DNA of 10,340 nucleotides, from the NCBI GenBank assembly GCA_044220955.1, contig JBGAQA010000158.1:1-10340 (forward strand), in the 5' to 3' direction. Within the stretch, counting starts at the first letter, position 1. Each line of letters starts with the position of its first letter. Position numbers and translations under genes: made by a program. The notes beneath the pieces were generated by a model. It was not told the origin of the DNA. It worked only from the letters and a program-made list of their open reading frames with translations, and searched no databases. Origin of the DNA: Sandaracinaceae bacterium (lineage in GTDB: Bacteria > Myxococcota_A > Polyangia > Polyangiales > Sandaracinaceae). This document shows, piece after piece, positions 8,014-10,340 of this stretch.

Positions 8014-8022
8014 TGGTAGCGT
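8014..8022 (+). promoter_or_regulatory. Extended -10 element of a putative leaderless tmk promoter
   Basis: TG-G-TAGCGT followed by 7 nt (CCCGCCC) and ATG 8030; no SD. Confidence 0.5.
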
Positions 8023-8029
8023 CCCGCCC

Positions 8030-8683
8030 ATGATCGAAGGGCTCTTCATCGTGCTCGAGGGCGTCGATGGCGCCGGCACCACGACGCACACCCGCCTCCT
8101 CTCCGCGGCGCTCGGAGACCGCGGTCTGCCCGTCCGCACCACGCGGGAGCCCAGCGACGGCCCGATCGGCGTCCAGATCCGCCAGTTCCTCACGGGGCGC
8201 CTCGTCGTGCCGGGGCTCCAGGGCCCGCGCCCGCCGTCGTGGACGACGATGGCGCTGCTCTTCGCCGCCGATCGCATGGATCACGTGGAGTCGACCATCC
8301 TGCCGAACCTGAACGACGGCGTGACCGTGATCAGCGATCGCTACTACCACTCGTCGGTCGCCTACCAGAGCATCACCGGCGGCGGCGAGGCCGAGCACGT
8401 CGCGTGGGTCAAGGCGCTGAACCAGCACGCGCGCCGTCCGGATCTCACCATCGTGCTCGACATCCCGCCCGAGGTCTCGGCGCGGCGCCGCATGGAGCGC
8501 AACATCGGCCGGGAGATCTTCGACGACGGCGACCTGCAGAAGCAGCTCGGCGCCTTCTACCGCGAGATCGACCAGCACTTCCCGGGCGAGACGCTCGTGC
8601 ACGTCGACTCCAACCGGCCACAGGCCGAGGTCGCGGCCGACGTGCTCCGGCACGTCCGGATCGCGCGGGGAGAGAAGGTCTAG
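8030..8683 (+). CDS. tmk: Thymidylate (dTMP) kinase
   Basis: FIVLEGVDGAGTTT P-loop, TREPSDGPIG, LLFAADR, VISDRYYHSSVAYQ, PDLTIVLD. Confidence 0.96.
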   Translation: MIEGLFIVLEGVDGAGTTTHTRLLSAALGDRGLPVRTTREPSDGPIGVQIRQFLTGRLVVPGLQGPRPPSWTTMALLFAADRMDHVESTILPNLNDGVTVISDRYYHSSVAYQSITGGGEAEHVAWVKALNQHARRPDLTIVLDIPPEVSARRRMERNIGREIFDDGDLQKQLGAFYREIDQHFPGETLVHVDSNRPQAEVAADVLRHVRIARGEKV

Positions 8684-8695
8684 CGCGAGGGTGCG

Positions 8696-9169
8696 ATGAG
8701 CAAGACGAACGCGGCGCGCGCGCTCGACGCGCTCGGGATCGCCTACGAGCTGCGCGAGTACGAGGTCGACCTCGAGGATCTGAGCGCCGGCGCCGTCGCC
8801 GCGAAGGTGGGCCTGCCGCTCGACGAGGTGTGGAAGACGCTCGTCGTCCGCGGCGAGCCGGGCAAGCACGTCGGCTTCGCGGTGCTGCCGGGCGGAGTCG
8901 AGCTCGACCTCAAGGCGTACGCGCGGCTCGCGGACGTCAAGAGCGCCGAGCTCGCGCCGCTCAAGGACGTGACGGCGCTGACGGGCTACGTGCGCGGCGG
9001 CGTCACGGCGCTCGCGGCGAAGAAGGCCTACCCGGTCTTCGTCGACGAGATGATGCTCGCGCTCGACCGCGTCTGCGTCTCGGCCGGGGCTCGCGGGACG
9101 CAGATGGTGCTCGCGCCTGCGGACTACGTGCGGGCGACCGGCGCCGCGCTCGGTCCGATCGCGCGTTGA
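8696..9169 (+). CDS. ybaK: Cys-tRNA(Pro) deacylase, YbaK/EbsC family
   Basis: KTNAARALD, VWKTLV (conserved Lys), ELDLKA, TGYVRGGVTAL, VSAGARG. It lies 12 bp after the tmk stop with a GAGG RBS. Confidence 0.93.
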   Translation: MSKTNAARALDALGIAYELREYEVDLEDLSAGAVAAKVGLPLDEVWKTLVVRGEPGKHVGFAVLPGGVELDLKAYARLADVKSAELAPLKDVTALTGYVRGGVTALAAKKAYPVFVDEMMLALDRVCVSAGARGTQMVLAPADYVRATGAALGPIAR

Positions 9170-9225
9170 CGGGACGAAGGCGCTCGGGCCGATGCGGCTC
9201 TGCGCGACGAGGGCGCAGCGTGAGA

Positions 9226-9273
9226 TCGCCCTCGCTCTCGCCCTCGCCCTCGCCCTCGCCCGCGCTCTCGCCC
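9226..9273. repeat. Hexamer tandem repeat (TCGCCC)x8, imperfect
   Basis: TCGCCC TCGCTC TCGCCC TCGCCC TCGCCC TCGCCC GCGCTC TCGCCC. Confidence 0.85.
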
Positions 9274-9275
9274 CC

Positions 9276-9292
9276 TCGGCACGCCCGATGCT
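9276..9292 (+). promoter_or_regulatory. sigma54 (-24/-12) promoter candidate
   Basis: TCGGCACGCCCGATGCT: GG(9278-79)-N10-GC(9290-91). Predicted TSS ~9303, SD GGGAGA 9335-9340, ATG 9346. Confidence 0.7.
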
Positions 9293-9345
9293 CCACTCCC
9301 GGCGTGAACGCGCCACGGCACAACGTGGCTCGCAGGGAGACGCTG

Positions 9346-10248
9346 ATGCGCTGGAATCGCGGGCTCGTGGGTCTCGGAGTCGTCCTCGTCGGCAGCGTCG
9401 CCGGCTGCAGCAGCGCGCACGAGGCCGGCAGCGACGCGGGGACGCTCCCCGGCGACAGCGCGGTCCTGCCCGACTCGGGCACCGGCGAGGCCTGCGGCGC
9501 CACGATCTGCGGCCCCGGCCTCGTCTGCTGCAACGCGTCCTGCGGCATCTGCACGCCGCCCGGCGGCAGCTGCATCGATCTGTTCTGCACCGACGTCGAC
9601 GCCGGGCCCGGCCCACGCTCCTGCGGCGGCTTCGGCGGCCTTCCTTGCGGGCCGAGCGAGTTCTGCGACTACCCGGACGGCTCGTTCTGCGGTGGCGACG
9701 ACTCGACCGGCGTCTGCACGCCGCGCCCCACCGACTGCCCCGAGCCGGGCGGCGTCCCGACGTGCGGCTGCGACGGCGTCACCTACATCGGCGAGTGCAG
9801 CGCGTACTTCTCCGGCACCGACGTAGCCCACACGGGCGAGTGCGCGCCGACGCCCGTGAACGGCGTCTCCGCGACCGCCACCTGCGGTCCCGCCGATGGC
9901 CCCGCGTGGACGTTCGTGATCACCGACGGCGCGCCCCTCTGCGGCGGCGTTCCGACCGGCTCCTCGCTCAGCATCAGCGTGTGGGACTCCCTCGAGACCG
10001 CGACGCCCGGGCGCACGTACCGCATCGGAGGCGACTTCGCGGTCGCGGAGGGCGACGCCTCCAGCTGCCCCGCCGGCGGCGGTGGCCCGCCCTGCTTCAC
10101 GCTCACGGGCACGTTCACCCTCGAGTCGTTCACGCCCTCCGGCGGCGCCATCTTCTCGTACGACCTGTTCGCGTTCGACGGCTCGCGCTTCGCGGCCAGC
10201 CACGTCAGCGTCGGCACGTGGTGCCCCGGCGCGCGCCTCTGCGGGTGA
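9346..10248 (+). CDS. Cys-rich lipoprotein, 300 aa, with Kazal-like module
   Basis: The real start is ATG 9346 (track ORF 8239..10248 is over-extended). Lipobox VAG-C21; D-A-G linkers; CGATICGPGLVCCNASCGIC module; Kazal-like PTCGCDGVTYIGECSAYFSGTDVAHTGEC; 6-Cys C-terminal domain ending LCG. Confidence 0.85.
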   Translation: MRWNRGLVGLGVVLVGSVAGCSSAHEAGSDAGTLPGDSAVLPDSGTGEACGATICGPGLVCCNASCGICTPPGGSCIDLFCTDVDAGPGPRSCGGFGGLPCGPSEFCDYPDGSFCGGDDSTGVCTPRPTDCPEPGGVPTCGCDGVTYIGECSAYFSGTDVAHTGECAPTPVNGVSATATCGPADGPAWTFVITDGAPLCGGVPTGSSLSISVWDSLETATPGRTYRIGGDFAVAEGDASSCPAGGGGPPCFTLTGTFTLESFTPSGGAIFSYDLFAFDGSRFAASHVSVGTWCPGARLCG

Positions 10249-10262
10249 CCCGCAGCAGGAGT

Positions 10263-10329
10263 GCTCGCCACGCAGGCCCCGGACGGGAGCGGGCGCAGCC
10301 CGCGGACGGAAGGGGCCGGAGCGGCGAGC
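10263..10329. repeat. Long nested stem-loop (REP-like or terminator-like)
   Basis: GCTCGCC/GGCGAGC, GGCCCC/GGGGCC and GCGGGC-GCA-GCCCGC stems, with a symmetric purine-rich internal loop GGACGGGA/GGACGGAA. Confidence 0.55.
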
Positions 10330-10340
10330 CGAGCAACGCC

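Noticed and set aside
4020..8277. Long ORFs 4020..5546 +, 5453..6763 +, 6498..8033 +, 6613..8277 -
   Set aside because: Antisense or alternative-frame shadows of genes with clear motifs.
7910..10271. Minus ORFs 7910..9616, 9003..9590, 9124..10203, 9783..10271, including RA and EG dipeptide runs
   Set aside because: They are antisense to tmk, ybaK and the lipoprotein; the dipeptide runs are just translations of the intergenic hexamer repeat.
10246..10340. Selenocysteine read-through of the TGA (frame stays open, hairpins follow)
   Set aside because: The TGA lies inside its own hairpin rather than upstream of a recognisable bacterial SECIS. The terminal domain already has an even 6 Cys, and the extension looks non-coding.
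1..10340. CRISPR array, tRNA/rRNA, transposase, integrase or defence genes
   Set aside because: I saw no repeat-spacer periodicity, RNA-gene signatures, terminal inverted repeats or relevant motifs, and composition appears uniform.

Overview
Very GC-rich bacterial DNA that looks myxobacterial (Myxococcota, Polyangia/Sandaracinus-like; inferred from composition and from GKAD-motif and Cys-rich lipoproteins). There are nine credible genes: a PAS-PAS histidine kinase running off the left edge (minus, absent from the ORF track); a two-gene plus-strand operon encoding a beta-rich lipoprotein and a Tat-lipoprotein fold-type III PLP enzyme; a 555-aa lipoprotein with a clan-CD-like His/Cys dyad; a PIG3-type quinone oxidoreductase; an SLT transglycosylase-M23 peptidase fusion; tmk; ybaK; and a Cys-rich Kazal-like lipoprotein. 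The most striking non-coding pattern is that all three lipoprotein-led transcription units are preceded by a correctly spaced sigma54 -24/-12 motif (YCGGCAC..TGC), each with candidate activator sites. qor and tmk instead look like leaderless sigma70-type genes. I saw no mobile element, CRISPR array or RNA gene.
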